Part shown: positions 31,638 through 41,481 of the stretch, piece by piece
Position numbering within the stretch: the stretch's first letter is position 1
How the letters are laid out: the number at the start of each line of letters is the position of its first letter
DNA from: an uncultured delta proteobacterium
GTDB taxonomy: Bacteria; Myxococcota_A; Polyangia; Polyangiales; Polyangiaceae
Assembly: GCA_963696385.1 (NCBI GenBank)
Contig: CAVOKF010000007.1
Span: 640,001 to 704,000 of the forward strand
Direction of reading: 5' to 3'
DNA length: 64,000 bases
Position numbers and translations under genes: made by a program
Notes under the pieces: generated by a model
What the model was told of the DNA's origin: nothing
The model's input: only the letters and a program-made list of their open reading frames with translations
The model's database searches: none

Positions 31638-32633
31638 CTACTTCGGTGCCGTCTCGCGCAGCGGCGTGAGGTCGTCGCCCCGAATCTCGAGCGCTTGGAT
31701 CGGCCCGCCGAAGTAGCGAGAAAGTCCCACGTCGATGCGCCATACCTTGCCGTCGCACGCGCTATTCACACCGCGTCGCTGCACGGTATGCCCCACGACC
31801 ATGCGTTTCGCCCCGAGCTCGGCGAGAGCGGTTCCGAGGTCGGCGCAATCCGGCGGCGCATCTTCGCTCGAATACGCGCGCGTCCACACGGGGCCATCTT
31901 CCGCGACCAAAATGGCCGGCACGTCACGACGCTTTCCGGCGAGCCACGCGTCGAGCTCGTCGTTCATGCGGTCGAGCCCGTACGCCACGTGTTTGGGCAG
32001 TATCCCGCCGTGGACAAAGATCGTGTCGCCGACCTTCACGACGAAAGGCCGGCCCGACTCGAGGATCGCGTAGGAGCCACCCGGTGCGAACGCCGCCGCA
32101 CGGCCCGTCGACGGCCCGGCCAACCCGGCGATCGACCGAGATGCGTCGGCCGGCGCGAAGAGCGAGAAACTCGCGAAACCGGCGGCCGTCACGTAACGGA
32201 AGTCGAGCGCCGCGTTCATGATCTCGTGGTTGCCGACAAGAGCGATGATCTCTCCCCCGGCGGCCGCCGCCTGCTGGCTCAGCGCCGCGACGAGATCGAG
32301 AATGGCTCGGTCGTCGTCGCCGCGATCGATCTCGTCGCCGGTCTGCACCACCATCAGCCGGCCACCGACCCACCGATCCCGATCGTCGATCGCGCCCGCT
32401 AACCGGAGCGCGCGTCGTGCATGATCGAGATCGCCGTGGAGGTCCCCGATCGCCACGAGCCGCTCCGGCGATGCCCGCGTGAGGCGGGGCGACAGGGCTA
32501 CCGGCAGAGGCTTGGCGGGCTGCAGCGCCGCCGGCGGCCGGACTTCGATCTCCTGAGCGTCCGAGCGACCGCAGCCGGCTAGAACCTGCAAAGCGACCGA
32601 ACCGACGAGCGCGGAGACGATGGCGCGCAGCAT
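31638..32633 (-). CDS. metallophosphoesterase (Shewanella-like PPP phosphatase) lipoprotein
   Basis: GDLHG, GDEIDRG, GNHE, FVHGG, MVVGHT, IDVGLS; lipobox LAGC. Confidence 0.9.
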   Translation of the reverse strand: MLRAIVSALVGSVALQVLAGCGRSDAQEIEVRPPAALQPAKPLPVALSPRLTRASPERLVAIGDLHGDLDHARRALRLAGAIDDRDRWVGGRLMVVQTGDEIDRGDDDRAILDLVAALSQQAAAAGGEIIALVGNHEIMNAALDFRYVTAAGFASFSLFAPADASRSIAGLAGPSTGRAAAFAPGGSYAILESGRPFVVKVGDTIFVHGGILPKHVAYGLDRMNDELDAWLAGKRRDVPAILVAEDGPVWTRAYSSEDAPPDCADLGTALAELGAKRMVVGHTVQRRGVNSACDGKVWRIDVGLSRYFGGPIQALEIRGDDLTPLRETAPK

Positions 32634-32789
32634 GCTGCATCCTAGGACGGCTCGCGCGGCCGTGGATCGGCCATCGCGAGATCCGCTCTCGCGAGACCCT
32701 CGCGAGAGTGGTGGGCGGCATCGCCCGAGGCGTGCACGCCCCGCCGCATGGCCCTTGACCGGTATGGCCTCGTGGGCTAGAGGAGGCTC

Positions 32790-32995
32790 GTGGTGGTTCG
32801 GTGGCGCGTTGCCCCCGGACTCGCCATCACGTGCCGGGTCGTAGGGAAGCTGGTGAGAGTCCAGCGCGGCCCCCGCCACGGTAACCAGGGACGATCTCGG
32901 ACGCAGCCACTGGAAGTCTCCGTGCGGAGCTTTCGGGAAGGGTCCGAGGGAGGCGGCGCGAGAGCGCCACACCTGGAAGTCCGGAGACCGGGTCC
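32790..32995 (+). ncRNA. cobalamin riboswitch
   Basis: AGGGAA (32843), GGTGAGAGTCC, GCGGCCCCCGCCACGGTAA, GCCACTG (32906), GGGAAG (32935), AAGTCCGGAGACC (B12 box) in canonical order; TTGACC-N17-TAGAGG upstream. Confidence 0.92.
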
Positions 32996-33055
32996 GATGC
33001 GTGTTTCTCCTTTTGCAACAGTCCGCGCCGGGGTTGGCGCGGCCCACGGGGACCC

Positions 33056-34528
33056 ATGGGTAGGCAGCGGATGGTCTTCTTTGCCACGCTCGTGTCGAGC
33101 ATGGCCGGAGGGGTAGCGTGTTCCAGCAGCGGCGGTTCGGAGACGCCCGACGCTGGAAAAACCGATGCGGCGGTGCTCGCCGATGCGCAGGGCTTCGAGA
33201 CCGGCCCGATCGATGGATCTCCGGTGAACGACACCGGGGCTCCGGCGCTCGACGGCGGGGGCGCCGACGTGGCGAGCGAGGGCGCGGCCGATGCGGCGAC
33301 CGACGGGACGGCCGATGCGGCGACCGACGGGACGGCCGATGCGGCCGCCGACGGCGCGACCGATGCGGCGGGCGATGTCGATGCGACGCCTGCGCCGCGC
33401 CTGCTTCTCTCCTACAACGGTGAGACGACGAGCGAGCTCGTGGCGTTCGGGCTCGACTCCAAGGCCGTCGACGGACGCTTCATCTACCCGGGATACATCG
33501 GCACGACCTTCGTCACGCCGACGAGCCCGTGGCTGCTCGAGCAGGGCAACGACGTGGTGGGGCGGTTGGATCCGCTGCAGCCGTGGGTCGTCCAATCGTC
33601 GTGGAGCGTCGCGTTGAACGACCGGACCGACGCGGGTTTCGCAGAGCCGTACTCCGATCCCGATGGAGTGGTCGTCGGAGCCGGGACCAAGGCCTACGTG
33701 CTGAGGTACACACGCAACCTGATCGCCGTCGTCGACACGACGCAGAACGTGGATGGCGGCGCGCCCGTAAGCACGATTGACCTGAGTAGCCAACTGCAGG
33801 CGGGCGGCGACGGCTACGTCGAGATGACGGCCGGCTGGTACGATGCGGCCCATAGCCGTCTGTACGTGCTGCTCGGCAACATCAACCGGGCCGACGTGAG
33901 CTGCAACGGATACTGCCAGCTCTGCTCGGACACGAGCCCGACGATCGTCGCCATCGACACGACCACCGACACGATCGTGCCGCTCGGCGGGGACGCGGGC
34001 GGCGTCGCGACCTCGGGCTACGCGCTCGAGGGCTACGACCCGGCGTTCGGGCCCTCCCCGATGGTCTACGATCCGCCGAACAACCGCTTGCTCGTGCTCG
34101 AGACCGGCTGCACCAGCGTCGCCGAAGACGGCGGACCCGGCCCGGTGGTGCGCCGCGAGGTCGAGGCGGTCTCGCTCGCCGACGGATCGACCGCCACGCT
34201 GCTCGACCTCAATTCGGCCGCCTTCCCGCAGGCGATCTTCTACGTCGACTCGAGCCACATCATCCTGCAGCTCGACACGGCCTACGCGTGGGACCCGACC
34301 ACGACGACGCTCGGGCCGCCCATCCCGAACGCGCCGGACACATTCGACGTCGATGGGAATGGCAACCTCGTGGGCGTAACGCAGAACTACGGCCCGGACG
34401 GCGGGCCGACGGGGACCAGCGTGATCACAGTGAGCTCGGGCGACGGCGGCGTCACGACACTCGGCCAAAACCCCTTCTCGCTGACCAACGGCTTCGTCTC
34501 GGGTGCACAGTTATGGCCGGCACCCTGA
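33056..34528 (+). CDS. surface lipoprotein, probable YncE-like beta-propeller (BtuG-like)
   Basis: lipobox GVAC, DAA linker with 24-bp repeats, KAYVLRY..NLIAVVD, RLYVLL, IVAIDTTTDTI; first gene after the riboswitch. Confidence 0.7.
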   Translation: MGRQRMVFFATLVSSMAGGVACSSSGGSETPDAGKTDAAVLADAQGFETGPIDGSPVNDTGAPALDGGGADVASEGAADAATDGTADAATDGTADAAADGATDAAGDVDATPAPRLLLSYNGETTSELVAFGLDSKAVDGRFIYPGYIGTTFVTPTSPWLLEQGNDVVGRLDPLQPWVVQSSWSVALNDRTDAGFAEPYSDPDGVVVGAGTKAYVLRYTRNLIAVVDTTQNVDGGAPVSTIDLSSQLQAGGDGYVEMTAGWYDAAHSRLYVLLGNINRADVSCNGYCQLCSDTSPTIVAIDTTTDTIVPLGGDAGGVATSGYALEGYDPAFGPSPMVYDPPNNRLLVLETGCTSVAEDGGPGPVVRREVEAVSLADGSTATLLDLNSAAFPQAIFYVDSSHIILQLDTAYAWDPTTTTLGPPIPNAPDTFDVDGNGNLVGVTQNYGPDGGPTGTSVITVSSGDGGVTTLGQNPFSLTNGFVSGAQLWPAP

Positions 34529-35394
34529 GGGCAGGCGGGTGGGCGCCCCGCGCGGCGCTGCTTTTCTCGTTGCTCGTCGGTACGGGTGGGGGATGCGGGG
34601 CCACTTCGCCCGCGGCGAGCGGATTGGGCAGCCCCGTTGCCGGCGGGAGCCAGGGCGATGGCGCGAGCGGCGCGGGGGCCGCCAGCGGCGAAGACGCGGC
34701 CGGGGCCCGGGCCGGAGAAGACGCCGGCACTGCAGGGCCCGAGGCGGTGTATGCGGTCGGCGACGGGGGTCTCGTCCTTCGCGCCGATCGGTTCGTGACG
34801 ACGGTCGTCTCGTTCAACCCGACCGATTGCACGGGCTTTGGCCAGGCCTCGATGCCCGCCATCGTCGAGGGGCCTCCGGTCGGTGGCGGCACCGACCACG
34901 GGAGTACGGACGTCGTTTCGCTCGGCAGCGGCGGAAGTATCGTCGTCTCGTTCGCGCCCAACGCAATCGTCGACGGTCCAGGAGCCGACTTCATCGTCTT
35001 CGAGAACCCGTTCTGGATCGGCGGCGACCCGAACGATCCCTACGCGGAGCCTGGGGAGGTGAGCGTGAGCGACGATGGCGTCAGTTGGAGCGCATTTGCT
35101 TGCACTCCGACCCTGGATCCCCAGGCGGGCGATGGCACCGGCGTCGCAGGCCCCTACGGGTCGTGCGGAGGCTGGCAGGTCGTCTACTCGAACGCCGAGA
35201 ACGGAATCTCGCCGGTGGACCCGAGCGTCGCCGGCGGCCTCGCGCTCGATCTCGCCACCGTGGGGCTCACTCACGCGCGGTACGTGAAGATCGTCGACCT
35301 GACCCACGAGGACTGTCCCGAGGCGGGGCCGCGGCCGAACACCAACGGCTTCGACCTCGACGCGGTCGCGATCATCCATGCCGAGCTGCCGTGA
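34513..35394 (+). CDS. cell-surface lipoprotein (BtuH-like domain)
   Basis: lipobox GGGC, VSLGSGGSIVVSF, IVDGPGADFIVFENPF, AEPGEVSVSDDG, GFDLDAV. Confidence 0.7.
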   Translation: MAGTLRAGGWAPRAALLFSLLVGTGGGCGATSPAASGLGSPVAGGSQGDGASGAGAASGEDAAGARAGEDAGTAGPEAVYAVGDGGLVLRADRFVTTVVSFNPTDCTGFGQASMPAIVEGPPVGGGTDHGSTDVVSLGSGGSIVVSFAPNAIVDGPGADFIVFENPFWIGGDPNDPYAEPGEVSVSDDGVSWSAFACTPTLDPQAGDGTGVAGPYGSCGGWQVVYSNAENGISPVDPSVAGGLALDLATVGLTHARYVKIVDLTHEDCPEAGPRPNTNGFDLDAVAIIHAELP

Positions 35395-37402
35395 GCCGGC
35401 ATGCGCTGCGGTCGCCGCTGTGCTGATCGCGTCGACCGCCACGGCGCTGTGTCGGAGCGCCCGCGCGCAAGCCGATGAGGTGACGGTGCGCGGCGACTCC
35501 ACAGCCGATTTCACTTCGCGCGCTGACGAACGCAACACGGTCCGCGAAGTCACGGACGCCGCAAGTCTGGTCGAGCCCCTGCCCGGCGTGCACATCCGCC
35601 GCTACGGCGCAGACGATTCCTTCACGACGCTGAGCATCCGCGGTTCGTCGTCGACCGAAGTCGGAATCGTCTTCGCCGGCGTCCCGCTGACGGGAGGAGG
35701 CGACCCGTCGCTCGACCTGTCGACTCTACCCCTCTGGCCGGGGGCCATCGTGCGCGTGCACCGCACCTTCACCCCGGCAGCGATCGGCCCGGGATCGCTC
35801 GGCGGGACGTTGGTGCTGGATCCGCCCAGCCCGTCGTCGCCGCCGTCGACCGAGGTGTGGGGCGCCGTCGGGAGCTACGGGGAGGCGCGGATGCGCGCGG
35901 CCGACGTGCGCGATGCCGGCGGGGGCGCCCGCGTGGTCACGGCACTCGCCGCGTCGCGCGCCGACGACCGCTTCAGCTACCTCGACCCGACGATCTCGAC
36001 GCCGGGCCACGACGTCTATTCGATTCGCCAAAACGCCGGCCATGCCGCGGTCAACGGTCTCGTGTCGTGGGCCGTGCCGGTGCGGTGGACGGGGGGCAGC
36101 ACCGGCGCACTCACGATTACGACCCTCGCGCAGGCGCGTCGCCAGGAGCTGCCCGGCACCGTGTTCGTCCCGACTCCCTTTGCCGATCTCGACTCGGATC
36201 GTGAACTCGCGTCGGCGCAGCTGAGCGGGGCCGCCTTTCGTGGCGCCTGGAGCGTACGCGCGTGGGGAAGGCGCGACGGCCTTCGGCTCTCCGATCCCGA
36301 CGTGCCCGCCGCGCTGGGGCCGGCCCGGTCCGACGAGACCCTCACCGCCACGGGAGGATCCCTCGGGTGGAGAGGGCGCCCCTTGTCCTCCACCCTCGTC
36401 GAGCTGCGCGTCGACGGAAGCGGAGAGCACTACGAGCCCGGCGTGACGGCGGGGGCCCCTACGCCGCCCGGGGCGACGCGCCTGTCGGCGGGCGCCGCAC
36501 TCGATGCCGAGTGGCGCGCGGCCGAAGCCGTCGCCTTGGCGGCATCGGGCCGCCTCGACGACTGGTCGAACCTCGAGTCGAGCACGAGCCCTCATTCAGC
36601 GGGCGGCCCAGCGCTGCGTCCGACCGGGCACCTCGGCGCAGAGATCGCTATCGACGCCGTGACGGCCGCCGCGCACGGTGGGGCGACGGCGCGACCGCCG
36701 AGCTTCATCGAGCTCTACGGGGACCGCGGCGCGTTCGTCGGAAACGCGAACCTGGTGCCCGAGTCGGCGTGGACGGTGGACGCGGGCGTGCGGACGTCGC
36801 GTCGGCTGGGGCCGGTTCGCCTCGCGGCGGAGATGGCTGCGTTCGGTACATGGGCGCACGATCTCATCACGTTCATTCCCGTGGGCGCGTACGGGCGTTC
36901 GGAGGCGACGAACATCGGGCTCGCGCGCCTGGTCGGCGTGGAGGTCGACCTGCGGGCGGCGGCGGGACCGATCGAGCTGCGCGCGTCGTACACCGGGCTC
37001 TCGACCGAAAACGACTCGGCATGCGAAGCGGCCCCAGGTCCCTGCGCGCACCCGCCGCTGCCGGGCAAACCCGCGAACGATCTCGTCGGTGACCTGATCG
37101 GAACGCTCGGCCCGGCCAGCGCGCGCGTCGGCGTCGACGCCTTGAGCGGAATGGTGGCGGACGTCGCGGGCAGCATCGGCGTACCGCCCCGCGTCCTCGG
37201 GTCCGCGGGCGTTCGGGTCGACGTCACGCCCGGCGTGCGTCTCGCGCTCGACGTGCGCAACGTGTTCGACGTCCGCACCGGGACGTACGCGGGGGCGATT
37301 GGCCCGGTGCACGAGCCCATCGGCGACTACTACGAGTACCCGCTGCCCGGGCGGACGTTCCTCGTGAGCGTGAGGTCCACGCAGCCCGCCGAGGGGCGAT
37401 GA
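35378..37402 (+). CDS. TonB-dependent receptor, BtuB-like
   Basis: plug LPGVHIRRYG..LSIRGS, RPPSFIELYG, GNANLVPE, DVRNVFD, YPLPGRTF; under the B12 riboswitch. Confidence 0.85.
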   Translation: MPSCREPACAAVAAVLIASTATALCRSARAQADEVTVRGDSTADFTSRADERNTVREVTDAASLVEPLPGVHIRRYGADDSFTTLSIRGSSSTEVGIVFAGVPLTGGGDPSLDLSTLPLWPGAIVRVHRTFTPAAIGPGSLGGTLVLDPPSPSSPPSTEVWGAVGSYGEARMRAADVRDAGGGARVVTALAASRADDRFSYLDPTISTPGHDVYSIRQNAGHAAVNGLVSWAVPVRWTGGSTGALTITTLAQARRQELPGTVFVPTPFADLDSDRELASAQLSGAAFRGAWSVRAWGRRDGLRLSDPDVPAALGPARSDETLTATGGSLGWRGRPLSSTLVELRVDGSGEHYEPGVTAGAPTPPGATRLSAGAALDAEWRAAEAVALAASGRLDDWSNLESSTSPHSAGGPALRPTGHLGAEIAIDAVTAAAHGGATARPPSFIELYGDRGAFVGNANLVPESAWTVDAGVRTSRRLGPVRLAAEMAAFGTWAHDLITFIPVGAYGRSEATNIGLARLVGVEVDLRAAAGPIELRASYTGLSTENDSACEAAPGPCAHPPLPGKPANDLVGDLIGTLGPASARVGVDALSGMVADVAGSIGVPPRVLGSAGVRVDVTPGVRLALDVRNVFDVRTGTYAGAIGPVHEPIGDYYEYPLPGRTFLVSVRSTQPAEGR

Positions 37403-38577
37403 CCGTTGCCTCTGTCTCGCCCGCACGGCTTGCCCTGACAATCGCCGGGGTGGCTTTGACGGCCGCGTGCGGCGGAGGATCCACGCCCTCGACGAGCCCC
37501 TCCGCGTGCCCCGGATCCGATGCGCTGTGGGTCGCGAGCGATTACACCTCGAGCTCGGTCGGAGCGCTATCGACGTCGGGCGTTGTATGGGCCACGACCG
37601 GTCGCGTCAACCTGGGAACGGATCCGGCGCTCTCCGTGTCGCGGGGCCGCGCCTTTTATGTGGCCCGCGACGAGGACACAATCTTCGAGATCGGCACGTC
37701 GTGCGGCAACCCCACCCAGCAGTGGAACGTGCACCAGGCGAGCTCCCCCGGTTCGTCCGATCCCCAAGACGTGGCCGTGGCGAGCGACGGCTCGCTCTGG
37801 ATCCCCCTCTACCTCGTGCCCACCCTTTTGGTGATCTCTCCGAGCGGTGCCGTCCTGCACACCCTCGACCTGTCGAGCTACGACAGCGACGGCAACCCCG
37901 ATGCCTCCGCGATCGCCATCGTGGACACGCCGGCCGGCGAGAAGGCGTTCGTGCCGCTGCAGCGGCTGACCTGGAACGGCCAAAGCTACCAGGCCGAGCA
38001 ACCGTCCTCGATGCTGCGCGTCGACGTCGCCACCGCGACCGTCGAGGCCGAGATCGCGCTCGCAGGTCGCAACCCGTTCGAGATGGTTCAGGACGGCAGC
38101 ATCCTCTGGTTGTCCGAGCCCGGGGAGTCCGCGGACGGGGGCTTCGCCAGTACGACCGATGCGTTCGGAGGCATCGAGCGCTTCGATACGTCGACCTCGA
38201 CGACGGCTCTCATCGCGCACGAAGCCGACCTCGGCGGCAGCGTCGTCGAGGTGGCCGTCAGCGGATCCTGCGGCGCGGCCATCGTCGCCGACGCGACGCT
38301 CGTCAACGCGACGTCGCTCGTCACGTTCGACCCCGTGTCGGGCGCGCCAATCGCCGCCGCCTCGCAGAGCCCCTTGGCGACCGTCGGTCCCGACGGGGGC
38401 TTTTACCTGCAAGGCAGCCTGTGGCTCAACGGGGACCTCTACATCGGCGACCGCCGACGGGCCACCGACGGTTACCCCGTGCACGCCTTGAGTTCGACCG
38501 CGGCCTGCGCGTTGGAGATCCAGCCCGACGCGATCTTCCTGCCGCAGCCGCCGGTGGCGGTGCGGGCGCCGGATTAG
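37399..38577 (+). CDS. surface lipoprotein, probable beta-propeller (BtuG-like)
   Basis: lipobox TAAC, DPQDVAV, TLDLSSYDSDGNPD, KAFVPLQRL, GRNPF, GGIERFD; ATGA overlap with the receptor gene. Confidence 0.7.
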   Translation: MTVASVSPARLALTIAGVALTAACGGGSTPSTSPSACPGSDALWVASDYTSSSVGALSTSGVVWATTGRVNLGTDPALSVSRGRAFYVARDEDTIFEIGTSCGNPTQQWNVHQASSPGSSDPQDVAVASDGSLWIPLYLVPTLLVISPSGAVLHTLDLSSYDSDGNPDASAIAIVDTPAGEKAFVPLQRLTWNGQSYQAEQPSSMLRVDVATATVEAEIALAGRNPFEMVQDGSILWLSEPGESADGGFASTTDAFGGIERFDTSTSTTALIAHEADLGGSVVEVAVSGSCGAAIVADATLVNATSLVTFDPVSGAPIAAASQSPLATVGPDGGFYLQGSLWLNGDLYIGDRRRATDGYPVHALSSTAACALEIQPDAIFLPQPPVAVRAPD

Positions 38578-38662
38578 GATGAGGCGGTCTTCGCCGTCGC
38601 GACGCTGGACCGGGACCCCCGGACGCCCAAGCGCGGCCGCGCGCTGCTAGGCTTTCGCACCG

Positions 38663-39484
38663 ATGATCGCGACGACGCGCTTGCCGCTCCTATCGGGTGC
38701 ATCCATTCCGCAAGTCGGCCTCGGTGTCTGGCAGGCCTCCGCGGGCCGCGAGACGCAGAACGCCGTCCTATCCGCCCTGCGCTTCGGATACCGCCACATC
38801 GACACGGCGCGCATTTACGGCAACGAGGCGGACGTCGGAGCCGCCGTCCGCGACAGCGGCGTGCCGCGCGAAGAGGTCTTCGTGACGACGAAGCTGTGGA
38901 ACCAGGACCAGGGCTACGACCGCGCGCTTCGCGCATTCGACGCGAGTTTGAAGCGCCTGGGGCTCGCGTACGTCGACCTGTACCTGTTGCACTGGCCGGT
39001 GGCCGGGCTGCGTCTCGAGTCCTGGCGCGCGCTCGAACGGCTATCGGCCGACTCGCGCGCGCGGTCGATCGGGGTCAGCAACTTCCTCGTGCCGCACCTG
39101 GAGGAGCTGCTCGCGCATGCCCACGTCGTGCCCGCCGTCGACCAAATCGAGTGTTCCCCCTTTCTCCAACGCCGCGAGACGGTCGCGCTCTGCGCGCGTC
39201 ACGGCATCGTCGTCGAAGCCTACAGCCCGTTGACACGCGGGATGCGGCTGACGCATCCGGCCGTCCTGCAGGTCGCTCGCGACGTCGGGCGCTCCCCGGC
39301 GCAAGTGCTGCTCCGTTGGGCAATCCAGCACGGTCACGTCGTGCTCCCCAAGTCGACGAAGCCGGAGCGCATCGCCGAGAACGGAAGCGTCTTCGACTTT
39401 TCGCTCGCTTCGGAGGCCATCCGGCGCCTCGACGGGCTCGAGGAGGGCCTGGTGACCGGCTGGGACCCCGCCACACAACTGTGA
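38663..39484 (+). CDS. aldo/keto reductase
   Basis: GYRHIDTARIYGNE, VTTKLWN, DLYLLHWP, IGVSNF, LPKS. Confidence 0.95.
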   Translation: MIATTRLPLLSGASIPQVGLGVWQASAGRETQNAVLSALRFGYRHIDTARIYGNEADVGAAVRDSGVPREEVFVTTKLWNQDQGYDRALRAFDASLKRLGLAYVDLYLLHWPVAGLRLESWRALERLSADSRARSIGVSNFLVPHLEELLAHAHVVPAVDQIECSPFLQRRETVALCARHGIVVEAYSPLTRGMRLTHPAVLQVARDVGRSPAQVLLRWAIQHGHVVLPKSTKPERIAENGSVFDFSLASEAIRRLDGLEEGLVTGWDPATQL

Positions 39485-39494
39485 CGGCCCGCCA

Positions 39495-40310
39495 TCAGGA
39501 GTCGATTCCGATCGGCGCCGGGTCGATCGGATTGAAGGGAGGTTCGAACGGCCGCTGCACCTCGTCCAGGGCGTGTCGAACGCGCTCCTCGACGACCGCC
39601 GTCAACCGATCGCCCACCCCCAGGTGGCCGGCCAGGGCGGTTTCGATCCCCGGGTGTCGCGACGCGAACGCTTGGACCCGTTCTGCGAGATGGGCGAGAA
39701 GCCGGCCCGCGTACAACAAGTACGGCAGAACGACCACGCGATCGGGGCGCATCCGCGCCGCGATCTCCAGAGAAGCCTCGACGCGGGGCTCTGCCATCGC
39801 CAGGAAGGCGACGTGCAGGTGCATCAGGCCGCGGCCATCGCCAATCCGACGCGCGACCTCGAAAAAATCCGCATTCGCGTCGGGGTCGCTCGCGCCTCGG
39901 CCCACGACGAGCAGGAGTGTCTTGGCGATCCACGCGGGATCCGGCGATATTGCCGAAGCAGCGCGTTGCCACGCGAGGTCGACGAGCCCTGGATGAACGC
40001 CCAGGGCATGGCCCGCCACGAACGTCACATTCGGAAACCGGCCGCGGGCCTGGGCAAGGGCCGAAGGCACGTCCTTTTTGAGGTGACCCGCGGCGAATAG
40101 CAACAGAGGAATCACCACCACACGACGCGCGCCCGTCGAGGCCACCTCGAGCGCCTCGGCAAGCCCCGGCCGTGCCCGCTCGAGGTAGGCCGTCTGAATG
40201 CGCCAACCCGGGCGACGATCGCGAACCGCCTGCGCGAGTCGTTCATGCTCCTCGTTCGCAGCGGGATCGCGGCTGCCATGGCCCAGCAACACGACGCACG
40301 AGTCACACAT
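39495..40310 (-). CDS. cbiX: sirohydrochlorin cobaltochelatase CbiX (two-domain)
   Basis: GHGSRDPAAN, PLLLFAAGHLKKDVP, VGRGASDPDAN, PYLLYAG. Confidence 0.85.
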   Translation of the reverse strand: MCDSCVVLLGHGSRDPAANEEHERLAQAVRDRRPGWRIQTAYLERARPGLAEALEVASTGARRVVVIPLLLFAAGHLKKDVPSALAQARGRFPNVTFVAGHALGVHPGLVDLAWQRAASAISPDPAWIAKTLLLVVGRGASDPDANADFFEVARRIGDGRGLMHLHVAFLAMAEPRVEASLEIAARMRPDRVVVLPYLLYAGRLLAHLAERVQAFASRHPGIETALAGHLGVGDRLTAVVEERVRHALDEVQRPFEPPFNPIDPAPIGIDS

Positions 40311-40550
40311 GGCCTACGTTGTGGCCCCCAGCCCCGCATGTACCGGCGAAGCGCGGTCGGGTCAAGCGGCCGGCGCGAGAGTGGCGCGCCTCGGTTTGAG
40401 GCGAATCATGGCGTGCGCGTCGGGTCTGGAGCTCGCGTCGATCTCGCGAAACTCGAGGCACGAGGATCCTCATGGCAACAAGCGCATCAGGCCGGCACAC
40501 TGCGCGGGCGGTCCCGCCCGGCGACGGCCGTCGGGCACGCGACCGACCGG

Positions 40551-40958
40551 CTACACCAAGAGCTCGAAGGACCGGCGCCGCTTCCACCTGTACACCCGGA
40601 AGTCCGAATCGAGCGTGAGGATCGCGCCAGTCTCCAGCGTATCGGCCAGGTGCACGAGGCAGGCATCCGCGAGATCCATAGGCACGCTGGCGTAACGCTT
40701 CATCAGCACCCGGATCGCACCCACGGTTGCATCGAGGCGAAAGGGGACCTGAAAGACGCCGCGCTCGACGTTCGCAAGCACGGCGTCGGGCGCACCGCGG
40801 AGGTCGCGCAGCAGGTAACACGCTTCGGCGAGAGCCGCCTCGCAGGTCACGAGAGGAGCGGCGAGTGCCGTCACGACCTCGACGCAAGCCGCGTGGTGTC
40901 GTTCGCTTTGGTCGAGAAGTGCGACGATGACTCCGGCATCGAGCAGGATTGGTTTCAC
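40551..40958 (-). CDS. PIN-domain (VapC-like) toxin
   Basis: ILLDAGVIVA, LAEAC, MDLADA, ILTLDSDF. Confidence 0.9.
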   Translation of the reverse strand: MKPILLDAGVIVALLDQSERHHAACVEVVTALAAPLVTCEAALAEACYLLRDLRGAPDAVLANVERGVFQVPFRLDATVGAIRVLMKRYASVPMDLADACLVHLADTLETGAILTLDSDFRVYRWKRRRSFELLV

Positions 40959-41185
40959 CGTCGCCCGAAGCCGCGCAAGTGCGCGCGGTTCGATCCGAGA
41001 TCGGGCTTTCCGGACGCGAACGCGCCGAGGCCGACGATGGTTCGGGTGCCCTGGAACGGCAGAGCTGCGAGCGCTCGCAGACCCCGGCGGACGAGCTCCG
41101 AATCCGTGAGGCCTGTCGCTTTCCGCAAGCGGTCGAGTTGTCGGTTCGTCTCCGCATCGAGCCGGGCGTGGATGAGGGCTCCCAT
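40955..41185 (-). CDS. ribbon-helix-helix antitoxin
   Basis: IHARLD...TDSELVRRGL, SGKPDLG; GTGA overlap with the toxin gene. Confidence 0.8.
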   Translation of the reverse strand: MGALIHARLDAETNRQLDRLRKATGLTDSELVRRGLRALAALPFQGTRTIVGLGAFASGKPDLGSNRAHLRGFGRR

Positions 41186-41210
41186 GTGTTACAAAGTCAC
41201 TTTGTCACAC
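41186..41210. promoter_or_regulatory. toxin-antitoxin operator palindrome
   Basis: GTGTTACAAAG-tca-CTTTGTCACAC (10/11 inverted repeat) directly abutting the antitoxin ATG. Confidence 0.7.
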
Positions 41211-41481
41211 GGGCTCCGAGCTCGCAACCAATGCTTGCCTTCTCCGGTGATCGGCGGCATGCAGCGTCGCCGAAGGGACCGGCCTTGGCGGTCCGGCTTC
41301 TTGGTGTGCGTCGCGCACGACGGGCGTCTTGACGCCAGCGCCGCAGAGAGCGGCCGGACTCCGATGCAGGCGGTAGGGCGACTCGGCACTGGGCGTAGCC
41401 GTCGTGGATCGCTGGGCCGGCGCGATAACCCGATCGATCGGCTACCCTGCGATCTCGCCCGGATAGGAGATCGGACGCCGG

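Noticed and set aside
33286..33370. 24-bp direct repeats as a non-coding array
   Set aside because: They are in-frame ADAATDGT linker repeats inside a lipoprotein
40310..40550. Second cobalamin riboswitch upstream of cbiX
   Set aside because: No GGGAA, GCCACTG or B12-box elements on the minus strand
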